Shown: positions 19,140-29,975 of the stretch, piece after piece
Layout: each line of letters starts with the position of its first letter
How positions within the stretch are numbered: the first letter of the stretch is position 1
Assembly (NCBI GenBank): GCA_963833225.1
Contig: CAWHXD010000019.1
Location: 224,001 to 288,000 of the forward strand
Reading direction: 5' to 3'
Length of the DNA stretch: 64,000 nt
Source: an uncultured Chloroflexia bacterium
GTDB taxonomy: Bacteria > Chloroflexota > Limnocylindria > Limnocylindrales > CSP1-4
The notes under the pieces: model-generated
What the model was told of the DNA's origin: nothing
The model's database searches: none
What the model saw: the letters and a program-made list of their open reading frames with translations, nothing else
Program-made: the position numbers and the translations under genes

Positions 19140-19880
19140 ATGAGCCGTCGCAACCGGCACGCCAGGCATCAGCACCAGGCCCCAGCCCCGCGACCTCGTC
19201 CCACGAGTCCGGCCGGAGATCGGTCCGGCGCGCCCGCCGAGGGCCCCTCGGATGTGCGGCCCGAGGCGCGCGTGGAGCTGCGCGCGGACCAGCGCGTGGA
19301 GCTGCGCGCGGACCAGCGCGCGGATCCGCGTGGCGAGGCACCCGCCCAGGACGTTGCCTCCCTGGAGGCGGCTCCCCAGCCAGCCGCACAACGGGACGGC
19401 GTCGCGCTGGGTGACAACGGGCTCAAGCCGGACACGCATGGTCCGGCGATCGTGATGCGCGAGCGGCGCCGGGATCCGCAACCGCGACCGGCCGCCACCG
19501 GCCCCGCCGTCGCGGCCGCGGCGGCCCTGGCCGCGCCCGCCGGTCCGCCGGTGGACGTCGGCCGTGACGGTCAGGGTCGCGGCGACGCGGAGATCGCGCG
19601 CCCGACGTGCACCGTCGCCCAGCTGCGCCGGTTCATCAAGAGTCGCCCGTGGATCCCCCTCCACGAGCTCCGCCGCCGCTTCGGGATCTCCGGTGGGGAT
19701 GACGATGTCAGCCCCATGCGCGTGGGCGACCACCAGCTGTTCATCGGCCTGCCCCTGCCCGAGAGCCGCCTCGTGGCGGAGCTGCTCGCCGGGGGCGACG
19801 TGGGGTACGAGCTGAGCCTGGATCCGGGCGCGCCGATCGTGGTCGGGGTGTATCCGATGCGCCCGGTGCCCAGGGGCTGA
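19140..19880 (+). CDS. Hypothetical protein (disordered N-terminus, compact C-terminal domain)
   Basis: Open 246-aa frame with an internal RVELRADQ x2 repeat. Confidence 0.6.
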   Translation: MSRRNRHARHQHQAPAPRPRPTSPAGDRSGAPAEGPSDVRPEARVELRADQRVELRADQRADPRGEAPAQDVASLEAAPQPAAQRDGVALGDNGLKPDTHGPAIVMRERRRDPQPRPAATGPAVAAAAALAAPAGPPVDVGRDGQGRGDAEIARPTCTVAQLRRFIKSRPWIPLHELRRRFGISGGDDDVSPMRVGDHQLFIGLPLPESRLVAELLAGGDVGYELSLDPGAPIVVGVYPMRPVPRG

Positions 19881-19884
19881 CGGG

Positions 19885-21714
19885 TCAGGCCGGGGCGTCG
19901 TACGCCTTGGCGAGCGGCTCCACGGTGGGCGCCTTGGTCCGCAGGTCGCGCAGGGCCGCCTGGTCCATGCTTGCGAGCCGCGGCAGGTCCGGTTGGTTGC
20001 TCCGCAGCAACCGCTCGGTGAGCGTGGACAGCAGCAGCTTGCTGACCTCCGGGACCTCCATCACGGCCCGCAGCGCGTCGGCCGGGACCTCCAGCAGCGT
20101 GCTGTCGCGGGTGGTCACCACGTCGGCCGTGCGGGGTGACCCGGTGAGGGCGGCGATCTCGCCGAAGAAGTCGCCGGCGCCCATCGTCGACAGACCCCGG
20201 TATCCGCCCTCGGTATCCGGGATGCCCGCCGCCGCCTCGCCGTCGAGGATGAAGTAGGCCGTGGTGGCCTTGTCGCCCTGGGCGACGAGCCGGGTGCCCG
20301 CTGCCACATCACGCACCTGCGCCTGGCGCACGAACGCGGCACGCTGCGGATCCGACAGGCGGGTGAAGGTGGCGAGCCGTCCGACCAGCAGGCCGAAGTC
20401 CGCCATCGTCGCCGGTCGCACCAGCGCCGGGGCCGCGACCTCGCTCGGGGCAACTCGCAGGGCCGTGAGGGCTCGCCGCCACTCCACCGCCGGACGCCCG
20501 ACGCCCGGGGCGACGAGGGAGGCCAGGGCGACGACCACGAGGATTGCCGATGAGAGCACCAGCATGAGCCGGACGTCGATGAAGTCCGCCAGCCCGGCCC
20601 CCGCCATGCCGGCGAGGAAGATGACGTCGCGCATCACGAACAGGGCAGAGAACACGCGGCCGCGGAGCTCGCGCGGCGTGTGCCGCTGGAGAAGCGTCTG
20701 GCGGGCAACCCCCGCGGGCGAGTTGAAGAAGCCGCTCATCATCACGAACACGATCGCGACCCCGATGACCGGCGAGAACGCGTACAGGGCGCCCGCGATG
20801 CCCATGCCCATCGTGCCCACGAAGACCCACAGCCCGATCTGCAGGCGACCGGCATACCTGGCCATGAACAGCCAGCCGATCACGAAGCCAACGGAGGTCA
20901 GGCCCTCCTGGATGCCGTACTCGAACGCCGTGGCGCCAAGGACCTTGATGGCCATCGGCAGCAGCAGGACGTTCCACAGGCCGAACGCGAAGAACACCGG
21001 CGCGCTCAGCAGGAACAGCGACCGCAGCATCGGGATCTCGGCGATGGTCCGGACCCCGATCTTGAGGTTGGCGATGACCACGCCGACCGAGGTCTCCTCG
21101 TCGGGCTTGTCCATCTTGATCCGCACCCGCATCAGGGAGATGCAGGCGGCCGAGAACACGAAGGTCAGCGAGTCGATCCAGAACGCCAGCCGGATGTCGA
21201 TGGCGGCCAGGAGGCCGGCGCCCGCGAAGCCGATGGCCGTCGAGCCGAACGAGGCGATCTGGAGGAACGCGTTGGCCGCGGTCAGCTCCTCGTCGCTCGC
21301 GATCTCCGGGATCAGGGCCTCGTAGGCAGGGTCGAAGAACTGCTTCACGCCCGCGTTGACGAGGATGGCCGCGAACAGCAGCGTGATGTCCAGCCCGAAC
21401 AGGAACGGGACCATCGCGACGACGACGCCCTGCAGCAGGTTGCTCGCCATCATCACCCTGCGCCGGTCCCAGCGGTCGACGAACACGCCGGCGATCAGCC
21501 CCACGGTGAGGCTCGGCACCGCGGTGGCCATGAGGGTGAGGCCGACGGCCAGGGCCGACCCGGTCTGGTCGAAGACATAGATGGCGGCCGCGAGATCGGT
21601 CAGCGACGAGCCGGCGGTGGAGACCAGCCGGGCCAGCCACATCAGGACGAAGTCGCGGCGCTTGAACACCGCCGTCGATGAGATCGCTGCCGGCGAGGCG
21701 GACTGTTCGCTCAT
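19885..21714 (-). CDS. MFS transporter fused to a C-terminal cyclic-nucleotide-binding domain
   Basis: GVFVDRWDRRRVM MFS motif A; GDFFGEIAALTGSPRTADV cNMP signature. Confidence 0.9.
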   Translation of the reverse strand: MSEQSASPAAISSTAVFKRRDFVLMWLARLVSTAGSSLTDLAAAIYVFDQTGSALAVGLTLMATAVPSLTVGLIAGVFVDRWDRRRVMMASNLLQGVVVAMVPFLFGLDITLLFAAILVNAGVKQFFDPAYEALIPEIASDEELTAANAFLQIASFGSTAIGFAGAGLLAAIDIRLAFWIDSLTFVFSAACISLMRVRIKMDKPDEETSVGVVIANLKIGVRTIAEIPMLRSLFLLSAPVFFAFGLWNVLLLPMAIKVLGATAFEYGIQEGLTSVGFVIGWLFMARYAGRLQIGLWVFVGTMGMGIAGALYAFSPVIGVAIVFVMMSGFFNSPAGVARQTLLQRHTPRELRGRVFSALFVMRDVIFLAGMAGAGLADFIDVRLMLVLSSAILVVVALASLVAPGVGRPAVEWRRALTALRVAPSEVAAPALVRPATMADFGLLVGRLATFTRLSDPQRAAFVRQAQVRDVAAGTRLVAQGDKATTAYFILDGEAAAGIPDTEGGYRGLSTMGAGDFFGEIAALTGSPRTADVVTTRDSTLLEVPADALRAVMEVPEVSKLLLSTLTERLLRSNQPDLPRLASMDQAALRDLRTKAPTVEPLAKAYDAPA

Positions 21715-21922
21715 GCCGAGCGTCCCCGTCGCGCCCGCTGCACCAGTGCTCCTCCCGCCGTTGCCGCTCACGTGAGCCGGCGTCGCGGACGATCGAAGCC
21801 CGGGACGCGTGGCCTGGCGCGCAGTGTACGACGGGGCTTCCGACGATTCGCCCCGGTTCCGCACGGGCGACCCGGGATGGCGCGGGCGGTGCGGGTGTCA
21901 CGCGGTCTCACCCGGGCGGCTG

Positions 21923-22498
21923 TCAGATCCCCGACATCCGGCCCCCGGACAACCGGACCCCCTCCAGGGCCAGGAGCTCGCGCTTGAGCTCCAGGGCCGC
22001 CTCGCGACCACCCCATGCCGCCACCCCGTACCCGCCCAGGCTGCCGTCACCGGCGATCACCCGGTGGCAGGGGACCAGGAGGCCGACCGGGTTGCGGCCA
22101 ACGGCGCCGCCCACGGCCCGTGCAGCCCCCGGGCGCCCGATCCGTCGCGCGATCTCGCCGTAGCTCGCCGTGGTCCCGCGCGGGATCGCCCGGACCGCGT
22201 CGAGGACGAGCCGGTCCCAGGCGGGGCGGTCGGCGATGTCGATCGGCAGTGCGGCCAGGTCGACGGGCTCGCCGGCCAGCATCTCGCGCACCCTGTCGGC
22301 GGCCTCGCCGGCCAGGCTCCCGGCCACGGGCCCCGCTCGCTCCGGATCCACCACCAGCCCTCGCCGGCGGAGGCCCGCTTCGAACGAGTCCCTCGGCCCA
22401 AGCAGCTCCACGGCCGCCACGCCCCGGTCGGTCGCGGCGACGCGCACCGGCCCGTGCTCCCAAGGCATGTGAACCGCGCTGACGAATGCATAGAACAT
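21923..22498 (-). CDS. ogt: Methylated-DNA--protein-cysteine methyltransferase
   Basis: SYGEIA, ARAVGGAVGRNP, PCHRV. Confidence 0.92.
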   Translation of the reverse strand: MFYAFVSAVHMPWEHGPVRVAATDRGVAAVELLGPRDSFEAGLRRRGLVVDPERAGPVAGSLAGEAADRVREMLAGEPVDLAALPIDIADRPAWDRLVLDAVRAIPRGTTASYGEIARRIGRPGAARAVGGAVGRNPVGLLVPCHRVIAGDGSLGGYGVAAWGGREAALELKRELLALEGVRLSGGRMSGI

Positions 22499-22514
22499 AT
22501 TCACGATGCAATAG

Positions 22515-22543
22515 TTGCATACAGCGCTGGGTAGTGGCACACT
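22515..22543 (+). promoter_or_regulatory. Sigma70-type promoter for the dap leader
   Basis: TTGCAT(22515-20)-N17-CACACT(22538-43) with extended TG, inside an AT-rich patch. Confidence 0.6.
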
Positions 22544-22552
22544 CCGCAGGCC

Positions 22553-22636
22553 ATGTCACACCTCAACCTCGTCACCTTCGACGCCAAGAAGAAGCCTTGG
22601 TGGCCCAGCCGGGAGGCTCGGGCCCAGGGGCTCTGA
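22553..22636 (+). CDS. Putative lysine leader peptide MSHLNLVTFDAKKKPWWPSREARAQGL
   Basis: AAG AAG AAG at 22586-22594; directly downstream of the promoter and upstream of dapB. Confidence 0.6.
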   Translation: MSHLNLVTFDAKKKPWWPSREARAQGL

Positions 22637-22657
22637 CGGCGCGCGAGCGACGACGAA

Positions 22658-22683
22658 CGGAGCCTCCGGGACCGGAGGCTCCG
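22658..22683 (+). terminator. Attenuator-like hairpin
   Basis: cggagcctccg-ggac-cggaggctccg 11-bp stem; leader segment ggaggctc can alternatively pair with its left arm; no U-tract. Confidence 0.55.
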
Positions 22684-22778
22684 AAGGGGCCGCGAACACC
22701 ACGTCGGTGATCGCGGCTCTTGTGATTCTCGGACCTCCGGACCCGCGGCTCCCACCTGCGGAAAGGATGTCATCACCC

Positions 22779-23549
22779 ATGGAGCTTCTGATCTACGGGC
22801 CCGGCCGGCTCGGTGGGGCGATCGCGGGCGCTGCCGGAGATGACGGTTGGACGGCGATCCTGGTCGGCCGCCTTGCGCCCGGGGCGACCCGGGCGCCCGC
22901 ACCCCGCGCCGACGTCGTCGTCGAGGCGTCGGTGGGGACCGCGGTCGTGGACAACCTCGGTCACGCGCTCGCCGCCGGCAACCGGCGCCTCGTGCTCGCG
23001 GCCAGCGCCTGGGACGCGGACATCGCCCGCGTCCGCTCGCTGCTCCTCGAGCACGGCGCCGCGGCGGTGGTCGCGCCCAACCTGGCGCTTGGCGCCGCGC
23101 TGTTCCTGCGACTGGCCGAGCACGCCGCGGCCATGTATGCCCGGGCGGGCTTCGAGCCGTCCATCGTCGAGTGGCACCGCCGTGGCAAGGCCGATCGCCC
23201 GTCGGGGACGGCACGGGCGATCGCGCGCCGGGTCACCGCCGTGGACGCGCGCTGGGCCACGCCCGACGCCGAGGGCGACGCTCGTCCGGCGCTCGAGGTC
23301 ATCGGTGTGCGGGCCGGCTCGGCCCCCGGGACCCACCTCGTGACCTTCGACGGTCCGGGGGAAAGCGTGGAGCTGCGACTCACCGCCCGGGACCGGCAGG
23401 CCTACGCCGATGGTGCCCTCGCCGCCGCGCGCTGGCTCGTCCGCGAGGATCGCGGTCCTGGACTGCATCCCTTCGACGCGGTCGTGGACGACCTTCTCGC
23501 GACCGGGCCCGCCCGTTCCAGCGCCATCGCCTCCGCCTGGCCGCTCTGA
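22779..23549 (+). CDS. dapB: 4-hydroxy-tetrahydrodipicolinate reductase (divergent)
   Basis: GPGRLG, APNLALG, EWHRRGKADRPSGTA. Confidence 0.88.
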   Translation: MELLIYGPGRLGGAIAGAAGDDGWTAILVGRLAPGATRAPAPRADVVVEASVGTAVVDNLGHALAAGNRRLVLAASAWDADIARVRSLLLEHGAAAVVAPNLALGAALFLRLAEHAAAMYARAGFEPSIVEWHRRGKADRPSGTARAIARRVTAVDARWATPDAEGDARPALEVIGVRAGSAPGTHLVTFDGPGESVELRLTARDRQAYADGALAAARWLVREDRGPGLHPFDAVVDDLLATGPARSSAIASAWPL

Positions 23550-23583
23550 CCAGCCGGCCCAATCCACCTCCAGGAGACCCGAC

Positions 23584-24565
23584 ATGACTCGCCTCGCCAG
23601 ATCCACCGTAGACCGCACGCCCCGGCTCCGGGGTGCCTTCACGGCCCTCGTGACGCCGTTCACCGACGACGGCACGCTCGATGAGGCCGCGTACCGTGCG
23701 CCTGGTCGCGTGGCAGGTCATGGCCGGCATCGACGGCCTCGTCCCCGTCGGCACCACCGGCGAGTCGCCGACGCTGACCGCCGCCGAGCGTGATCGGTGC
23801 ATCGAGATCGCCGTGCAGACCGCTGCCGAGCGCTCCGGCGACCGGTTCGTGCCCGTGATCGCGGGGACGGGCTCCAACGACACGCGGGCCTCGATCGACG
23901 CCACCCGCCGGGCCGCGGCGCTGGGCGCCGATGCCGCGCTCGTCGTCACGCCCTACTACAACAAGCCCGACCAGCGGATGCTCGATGCCCATTTCCGCGC
24001 GATCGCCGACGATGGCGACCTCCCGATCGTCGTGTACAACGTGCCCGGCCGCACGGGCGCCAACGTCGAGGCCGACACGTTCCTGCGGCTCGCGGAGCAC
24101 CCGCGGGTGATCGCCGTCAAGGAGGCCAGCGCCAACATCGAGCAGATCGCCGTGATCTGCCGCGACCGTCCGCGCGACGTGGCGGTGCTCTCCGGCGACG
24201 ACGCGGCCACGCTGGCGATCCTCGCGATGGGTGGCGACGGTGTGATCTCGGTCGCGAGCAACCAGGTCCCGGGCGAGGTTTCGGCCATGGTCCGGTCCTG
24301 GCACGCGGGCGACCCCGCGATCACGCGCCGGATCCACGACCGGTTTCTGCCGCTGTTCCGGGCCAACTTCCAGGGCGCTCCCAACCCGGTCCCGGCCAAG
24401 GCCGCCCTGCTGGCGATGGGCCTGCTCGACCGTGACGCTACCCGGGCGCCGTTGCTGCCGCTGGCCGACGCGCCCAGGGACCGGCTCGTCGCGCTGCTCC
24501 GGGCGCTTGGGCTGGTGGCCGGTGGCGGACGGCAGGCGGGCGTTGCCGGCGAGGTGGCCGCATGA
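23584..24565 (+). CDS. dapA: 4-hydroxy-tetrahydrodipicolinate synthase, one frameshift near 23700
   Basis: TALVTPF in one frame, then GTTGE, PYYNKP, YNVPGRT, VKEAS in the next frame. Confidence 0.9.
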
Positions 24566-25347
24566 CCGCCGCCCCGGTCACGATCGCCGCGTCGATCCTC
24601 GACGACCTCGACGGCGGGCGCCGACGTGCCGCCCTCCCCGACCCGGACGCACCTGGCGGCTGGCGCACGGATCCCGAGGTCAAGGCCGCCATCCTCGCCT
24701 GCTTCCACGACCGGGAGACCGTCGCGTGGGACCTCGGTGACGTGCTTCGCTTCCGGGACCGCGCCGGGCTCCCGGTCAAGGACCTGCTCGCCGGTCCGTG
24801 GCGCGTGGTGCCCGGTGGGACCTCGGTCCGGGCCGGCGCGTACCTCGCCCCGGGTGTCGTCATCATGCCGCCCTCGTTCGTGAACGTCGGCGCCTGGATC
24901 GGCGAGGACACCATGGTCGACTCGCACGTGCTGGTCGGCTCGTGTGCCCAGATCGGCGCAGGGGTCCACCTCTCGGCGGGCGTCACGATCGGCGGCGTGC
25001 TGGAGCCCGCCGGCGCGCGGCCGGTCATCGTGGAGGACGGCGCCTTCGTCGGGGCCGGGTCGGCGCTGCTCGAGGGCGTGCTCGTGGGGGCCGGCGCGGT
25101 CATCGGGGCCGGCGTGACCCTGACCGGGACCTCTCGCGTCTACGACCTCGTGCGCGGGCGGGTCCTGGCCGGCACGCCGGAGGCGCCCCTCGCGATCCCC
25201 CCGGGCGCCGTGATCGTGCCCGGGTCGCGCGCGCTCGAGGGCGAGTTCGCCGCCGCCAGCGGCCTGTCCGTGTCGGTGGCCCTGCTGGTCAAGGACCGGG
25301 ATGCCGGCACCGACGCCCGGGTCTCGCTCGAGGACGCGCTGCGATGA
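24562..25347 (+). CDS. dapD: Tetrahydrodipicolinate N-succinyltransferase
   Basis: PSFVNVGA, MVDSHVLVGSCAQIG, HLSAGVTIGGVLEP. Confidence 0.92.
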   Translation: MTAAPVTIAASILDDLDGGRRRAALPDPDAPGGWRTDPEVKAAILACFHDRETVAWDLGDVLRFRDRAGLPVKDLLAGPWRVVPGGTSVRAGAYLAPGVVIMPPSFVNVGAWIGEDTMVDSHVLVGSCAQIGAGVHLSAGVTIGGVLEPAGARPVIVEDGAFVGAGSALLEGVLVGAGAVIGAGVTLTGTSRVYDLVRGRVLAGTPEAPLAIPPGAVIVPGSRALEGEFAAASGLSVSVALLVKDRDAGTDARVSLEDALR

Positions 25348-26681
25348 GCCTGGTCCGCGATCCGGGACCGCCGCCGGCCCGCAACGAGATCCTCCGGGGT
25401 GGGCGCCTGGGCGGGCAGGATCCGGCGGCGCTCGCGGCACGCTTCGGGACGCCGTTCTACGCCTACGACCTCGACGTCGTGACGCGCCAGGTCGAGGCGC
25501 TCCGGGGGGCTCTCCCGCCGGACTTCGACCTCGCCTATGCGGTCAAGGCCAATCCCAACCTCGCCATCGTCCGGCATCTGGCGAGCCTCGGGCTGGGTGC
25601 CGACGTCGCCTCGGGCGGCGAGCTCCGGCACGCGCTCCGGGCAGGCGTCGAGCCGGCGAAGATCGTGCTCACCGGACCCGGCAAGCGCGACGAGGAGCTG
25701 CGGGCGGCCGTCGAGGCCGCGGTGCGGGTCGTGACCGTGGAGTCGCCGGGTGAGCTGCGGCGCCTGGCGTCCATCGCCGAAGCGCTGGGGCGGCGGCAGC
25801 CGGTGCTGCTCCGGGCCGCCGTGTCCGGGGCGGCGCGGCTGGAGCGCGTCCGGCTCGTGGGCGCCGACGGCGCGGGCAAGTTCGGCATGGACCAGGCGGA
25901 CCTGCGGGCCGCCGCGACCGAGGCGGTGGCTTCGCCGTGGCTGGAGCTGCTGGGGCTGCACGCGTTCGGCGCGTCCAACGTCACCGACGCCGCGGCCCTC
26001 GCCGGGCACGTCGAAGCGACGATCGACGCGGCGCTCGAGCTGGCCGCGTCGGCCGGGTTCGTGCTGCGGCTCGTCGATGCCGGCGGCGGCCTGGGCATCC
26101 CGTACGAGCACGACGGCGAGGCGCTCGACCTGGGTGGGCTCGGCCGGAGGCTGGCAGCGGCCGCCACGCGGCTCAACGCGTCGCCGTCCGGTCGTCGCGC
26201 CCGTGTCCTGCTGGAGCCGGGACGGTTCCTGGTGGGTGCGGCCGGTGCCTACGTCGCGCGCGTCGTCGACCGCAAGATCGTCGGGGGCCATCACGTGGTG
26301 ATCGTCGACGGGGGCATCCACCACGTCCTGCGGCCCGTGCTCGTCGGGCAGGAGCATCGGCTGCGCGTGCTCAGCGGTCAGGCCTCCTGGGCGCCGACCT
26401 CGGCCACCACGCAGCGGTTCCCGGTCACCGTCGCCGGCCCGCTGTGCTCCGGCCTGGACGTGTTCGCCCGGGAGACCGTGATGGCGCTCCCGGACGTGGG
26501 CGACCTCGTGGGCGTCCTCGACGTGGGGGCGTACGGGGCCACGGAGTCGATGCCGTTCTTCCTGTCGCATCCGCTCCCCGCGGAAGTGGCGCTTCGGAGC
26601 GGCGAGGCGTGGGCCGCGCGGCCGCGCGTGGACCCTGAGGCATGGCTTGCCGCGCAGGTGGGGGAACCGCCGACAGGCTGA
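25344..26681 (+). CDS. lysA: Diaminopimelate decarboxylase
   Basis: YAVKAN, GKFG, GGGLG, EPGRFL, GPLC, GAYG; operon context. Confidence 0.85.
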   Translation: MSLVRDPGPPPARNEILRGGRLGGQDPAALAARFGTPFYAYDLDVVTRQVEALRGALPPDFDLAYAVKANPNLAIVRHLASLGLGADVASGGELRHALRAGVEPAKIVLTGPGKRDEELRAAVEAAVRVVTVESPGELRRLASIAEALGRRQPVLLRAAVSGAARLERVRLVGADGAGKFGMDQADLRAAATEAVASPWLELLGLHAFGASNVTDAAALAGHVEATIDAALELAASAGFVLRLVDAGGGLGIPYEHDGEALDLGGLGRRLAAAATRLNASPSGRRARVLLEPGRFLVGAAGAYVARVVDRKIVGGHHVVIVDGGIHHVLRPVLVGQEHRLRVLSGQASWAPTSATTQRFPVTVAGPLCSGLDVFARETVMALPDVGDLVGVLDVGAYGATESMPFFLSHPLPAEVALRSGEAWAARPRVDPEAWLAAQVGEPPTG

Positions 26682-26703
26682 ATGCCACTCGAGCAGGGCG
26701 CGG

Positions 26704-26721
26704 TATACTCCCCCCTAGTAT
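26704..26721 (+). promoter_or_regulatory. CsoR-like copper operator overlapping the -10 box (TATACT) and copA start
   Basis: ATACT-CCCCCCT-AGTAT inverted repeat around a C-tract, the layout of known CsoR operators. Confidence 0.6.
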
Positions 26722-29416
26722 GACGACACCGCCTTCCAGTCCCCAGCCTATCGAGATCATCCTGCCCATCGAGGGCATGACCTGCGCCTCGTGCGTCAAC
26801 CGGATTGAGCGCTTTCTCAACAAGACGCCCGGCGTCAGCGGGGCCGCGGTGAACCTCGCCACCGAGAAGGCGACGGTCGCTGTCGATCCCGCCCTCGTCG
26901 GCCGCGACGAGCTGGTCAAGGCCGTCGAGGCCGCCGGCTACGAGGTCCGCGCCGAGGCCGCCGCCGACGGTGCCGCGACCACCGAATCGCTCGATGCCGA
27001 GCTGTCGGCCGAGGACCTCGAGCGTGAGCGTGCCCAGCGGCACACGCTGTTCCAGGCCGGCGTCGCCATCGCCGCCGCGGTCGTGTTCATGGCTGCCATG
27101 TTCACGCCCCAGACGCGGATCGCGATGGTGGACATCAACAAGCTGATCCTGTGGCCGGCGACCTTCATCCAGTTCTGGGCGGGCGCCCGGTTCTACCGGG
27201 CGGCGTGGCGCGCGGGCCGGCACGGCGGAGCGACCATGGACACGCTCGTCGCCGTCGGCACCAGCGCCGCCTGGGGCTACTCGGTGTTCGTCACCATGTG
27301 GCCGGAGATCATCCACGCCGCGGGCCTGTACCCGGAGACGTACTTCGACTCGGCCACGATCATCCTGGGCCTGATCCTGCTCGGAAAGTGGCTGGAGGCG
27401 CGGGCCAAGGGCCGCACGACCGGCGCGATCCGCCGCCTCGTCGGGCTGCAAGCCACCACCGCCCGCCGGATCCGCGACGGGATCGAGGAGGACGTGGAGC
27501 TCGCGATCGTCGTGCCCGGCGACCTGCTGCGCGTCCGCCCCGGTGACAAGGTCCCGGTCGACGGCGTCGTGGTCGAGGGGAGCTCGGCGGTTGACGAGTC
27601 GATGCTCACCGGCGAGCCGATCCCGGCCACCAAGGGGGCCGGTGACGAGGTCATCGGCGCGACCATCAACACGACCGGGTCGTTCGTGATGCGCGCCACC
27701 CGCGTCGGGCGGGACACGGCTCTCGCGAGGATCGTGGACCTGGTCCAGCGGGCCCAGGGCTCCAAGGCCCCGATCCAGCGCATGGCCGACCGGATCAGCG
27801 AGATCTTCGTCCCGGCCGTGTTGGTCACTGCCGCGGCCACGTTCGTGATCTGGCTGGTGTTCGGTCCCGAGCCCCGGTTCACCCTTGCGCTAACGGCCTT
27901 CATCGGCGTCGTGATCATCGCCTGCCCGTGCGCGATGGGCCTGGCCACGCCGACCGCGATCATGGTCGGGACCGGCAAGGGCGCCGAGGCGGGCATCCTG
28001 GTCCGGGGCGGCGAGGCGCTGGAGGCCGCGGGGCGCATCGACACCGTCGTCATGGACAAGACCGGCACGCTGACGCTCGGTCGGCCCGCCGTCACCCGCG
28101 TGGTCCCGGCGCCCGGTTTCGACGAGGCCCGGGTCCTGGACCTCGCCGCGAGCCTCGAGACCGGGTCCGAGCACCCGCTGGGCGAGGCGATCGTCCGCAG
28201 GGCGCGCGAGACGGAGCTGGGGTTCGCGAGGGTCGACCAGTTCGAGGCCGTGGTCGGACGGGGCGTCAGCGGTTCGATCGATGGCGTCGGGGTGCTCGTC
28301 GGCAGCCGGCGCATGCTCGAGGAGCGCAGCGCGGACCTGGCCGCCCTCGTGGGCGACGCGGAGGCGATCGCGGCCGACGGGGGGACCGTCGTCTACGTCG
28401 CGATCGACGGGGTGGCCGCGGGGCTGGTTGCGATCACGGATCCCGTCAAGGCCGAATCGGCCGAGGCCGTGCGGGAGCTGCGGGCGTCGGGTCTCGCGGT
28501 CTGGCTCCTGACCGGTGACGCGCGCGCCACCGCCCAGGCCGTGGGCCGCCAGGTTGGGATCGAGGCCGACCACGTCATCGCCGAGGTCCTCCCGGGCGAC
28601 AAGGACGCGGTCGTCGAGCGTCTCCAGGGCGAAGGCCACCGGGTCGCCATGGTGGGCGACGGCATCAACGACGCGCCGGCCCTGGCCCGCGCCGACCTCG
28701 GCGTGGCCATCGGCACCGGCGCCGACGTCGCGATCGAGGCGTCCGACATCACCCTCGTGGGTGGCGACCCGCGCCTCGTGGGCTCCGCCATCGCGCTGTC
28801 CAAGGCGACGATCCGGGTCATTCGCCAGAACCTGTTCTGGGCGTTCGCCTACAACGTGCTGCTCATCCCGATCGCCATGGGCGCGCTCTACCCGACCCTT
28901 GGGATCACGCTCAACCCCGCGCTCGCCGCCGCCGCGATGGCCCTGTCCAGCGTGAGCGTCGTGACCAACTCGTTGCGCCTGCGGGGCGTCGACGTGCGGC
29001 CCGGCCACGTGACCAGGCTCCGCCAGGGGCCGATCGGGCTGGTGCGGGACGGCGCGTTCCTGGTGGTCGTTGCGGCCATCGGCCTGGCGCTGGCGGGCGG
29101 TGTCCTGGCTGCGGATCGTGTGGTTGACGGGGCGCTGCCCACGGTCGAGATCGTCGCCCGGGACACGGGGTTCCAGCCCGACACCTGGACCGTGACGGCC
29201 GGTCAGTGGACGGTGCTCGAGCTGCACAACGAGGGAACGGTGGTCCGCGACTGGGTGGTGGATGGCGTCCCGAACGTCGAGCTGATTGCCCGTCCGGGCC
29301 AGACCGCAACGCTGCGGTTCGTGCTGGACACGCCGGGGGAGTACGCGGTCGGGAGCTCGGTCGGCGGTCATGCCGGCGGCGGCCCGGCAGGCACGCTGGT
29401 CGTCCGGGCGCCGTAG
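26720..29416 (+). CDS. copA: Cu(I)-exporting P1B-type ATPase with a C-terminal cupredoxin-like extension
   Basis: GMTCASC, TGEP, CPC, DKTGT, SEHP, GDGIND, YN, MALSS. Confidence 0.95.
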   Translation: MTTPPSSPQPIEIILPIEGMTCASCVNRIERFLNKTPGVSGAAVNLATEKATVAVDPALVGRDELVKAVEAAGYEVRAEAAADGAATTESLDAELSAEDLERERAQRHTLFQAGVAIAAAVVFMAAMFTPQTRIAMVDINKLILWPATFIQFWAGARFYRAAWRAGRHGGATMDTLVAVGTSAAWGYSVFVTMWPEIIHAAGLYPETYFDSATIILGLILLGKWLEARAKGRTTGAIRRLVGLQATTARRIRDGIEEDVELAIVVPGDLLRVRPGDKVPVDGVVVEGSSAVDESMLTGEPIPATKGAGDEVIGATINTTGSFVMRATRVGRDTALARIVDLVQRAQGSKAPIQRMADRISEIFVPAVLVTAAATFVIWLVFGPEPRFTLALTAFIGVVIIACPCAMGLATPTAIMVGTGKGAEAGILVRGGEALEAAGRIDTVVMDKTGTLTLGRPAVTRVVPAPGFDEARVLDLAASLETGSEHPLGEAIVRRARETELGFARVDQFEAVVGRGVSGSIDGVGVLVGSRRMLEERSADLAALVGDAEAIAADGGTVVYVAIDGVAAGLVAITDPVKAESAEAVRELRASGLAVWLLTGDARATAQAVGRQVGIEADHVIAEVLPGDKDAVVERLQGEGHRVAMVGDGINDAPALARADLGVAIGTGADVAIEASDITLVGGDPRLVGSAIALSKATIRVIRQNLFWAFAYNVLLIPIAMGALYPTLGITLNPALAAAAMALSSVSVVTNSLRLRGVDVRPGHVTRLRQGPIGLVRDGAFLVVVAAIGLALAGGVLAADRVVDGALPTVEIVARDTGFQPDTWTVTAGQWTVLELHNEGTVVRDWVVDGVPNVELIARPGQTATLRFVLDTPGEYAVGSSVGGHAGGGPAGTLVVRAP

Positions 29417-29440
29417 CCGCGCTCGTCCTAGACTCGAGCC

Positions 29441-29956
29441 ATGACCGACGAGCAGGCCACGCCCACCCGATCCCGGATCGAGGTTCCGCCCGATCCGCGT
29501 GATCTGGCCGGCGACTTCCCGCACCGCTTCGCGGTCACCATCCGGTTCGGCGACACGGACGCGATGGGTCACACCAACAACTCGCGGTTCCTCACCTTTT
29601 GCGAGTCGGCGCGGATCGACTACTGGGAGGCCGCGACCGGCGGGCCGTTCGCGCTCGTCACCCACGGCGCGCAGGAGTCGCTGATCCTGGCCGAGATCCG
29701 CGTCACCTATCGCAGCCCGTCGTACTTCGGCGAGCCGCTGGTCGTGGAGTCGCGGCTGGGGCGCCTCGGCCGGACGTCGTTCACGCTTGAGCACCGGGTG
29801 ACCGCCCAACCGTCGGCGCGGGGCGGGGCGCGCCTGGTGGCCACCGCGGAGGACGTGCTGGTCCTGTACGACTACGCGACCGCGCGCCCCCGGGTGATCC
29901 CCGATGCGCTGATCGCGTGCCTCGAAGCGTACGAGGGCAAACCGCTCCGCCCTTGA
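29441..29956 (+). CDS. Acyl-CoA thioesterase (4HBT hotdog)
   Basis: RFGDTDAMGHTNN..F.ESAR. Confidence 0.9.
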   Translation: MTDEQATPTRSRIEVPPDPRDLAGDFPHRFAVTIRFGDTDAMGHTNNSRFLTFCESARIDYWEAATGGPFALVTHGAQESLILAEIRVTYRSPSYFGEPLVVESRLGRLGRTSFTLEHRVTAQPSARGGARLVATAEDVLVLYDYATARPRVIPDALIACLEAYEGKPLRP

Positions 29957-29975
29957 GACGGCGGCGTGGCGCCGG

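Noticed and set aside
22540-22778. Lysine riboswitch or T-box before dapB
   Set aside because: No recognisable AGAGGNGC/L-box core or T-box GGTGG(N)ACC motif; the uORF model fits better
23690-23705. Programmed frameshift in dapA
   Set aside because: No slippery sequence; similar indels elsewhere point to sequencing error
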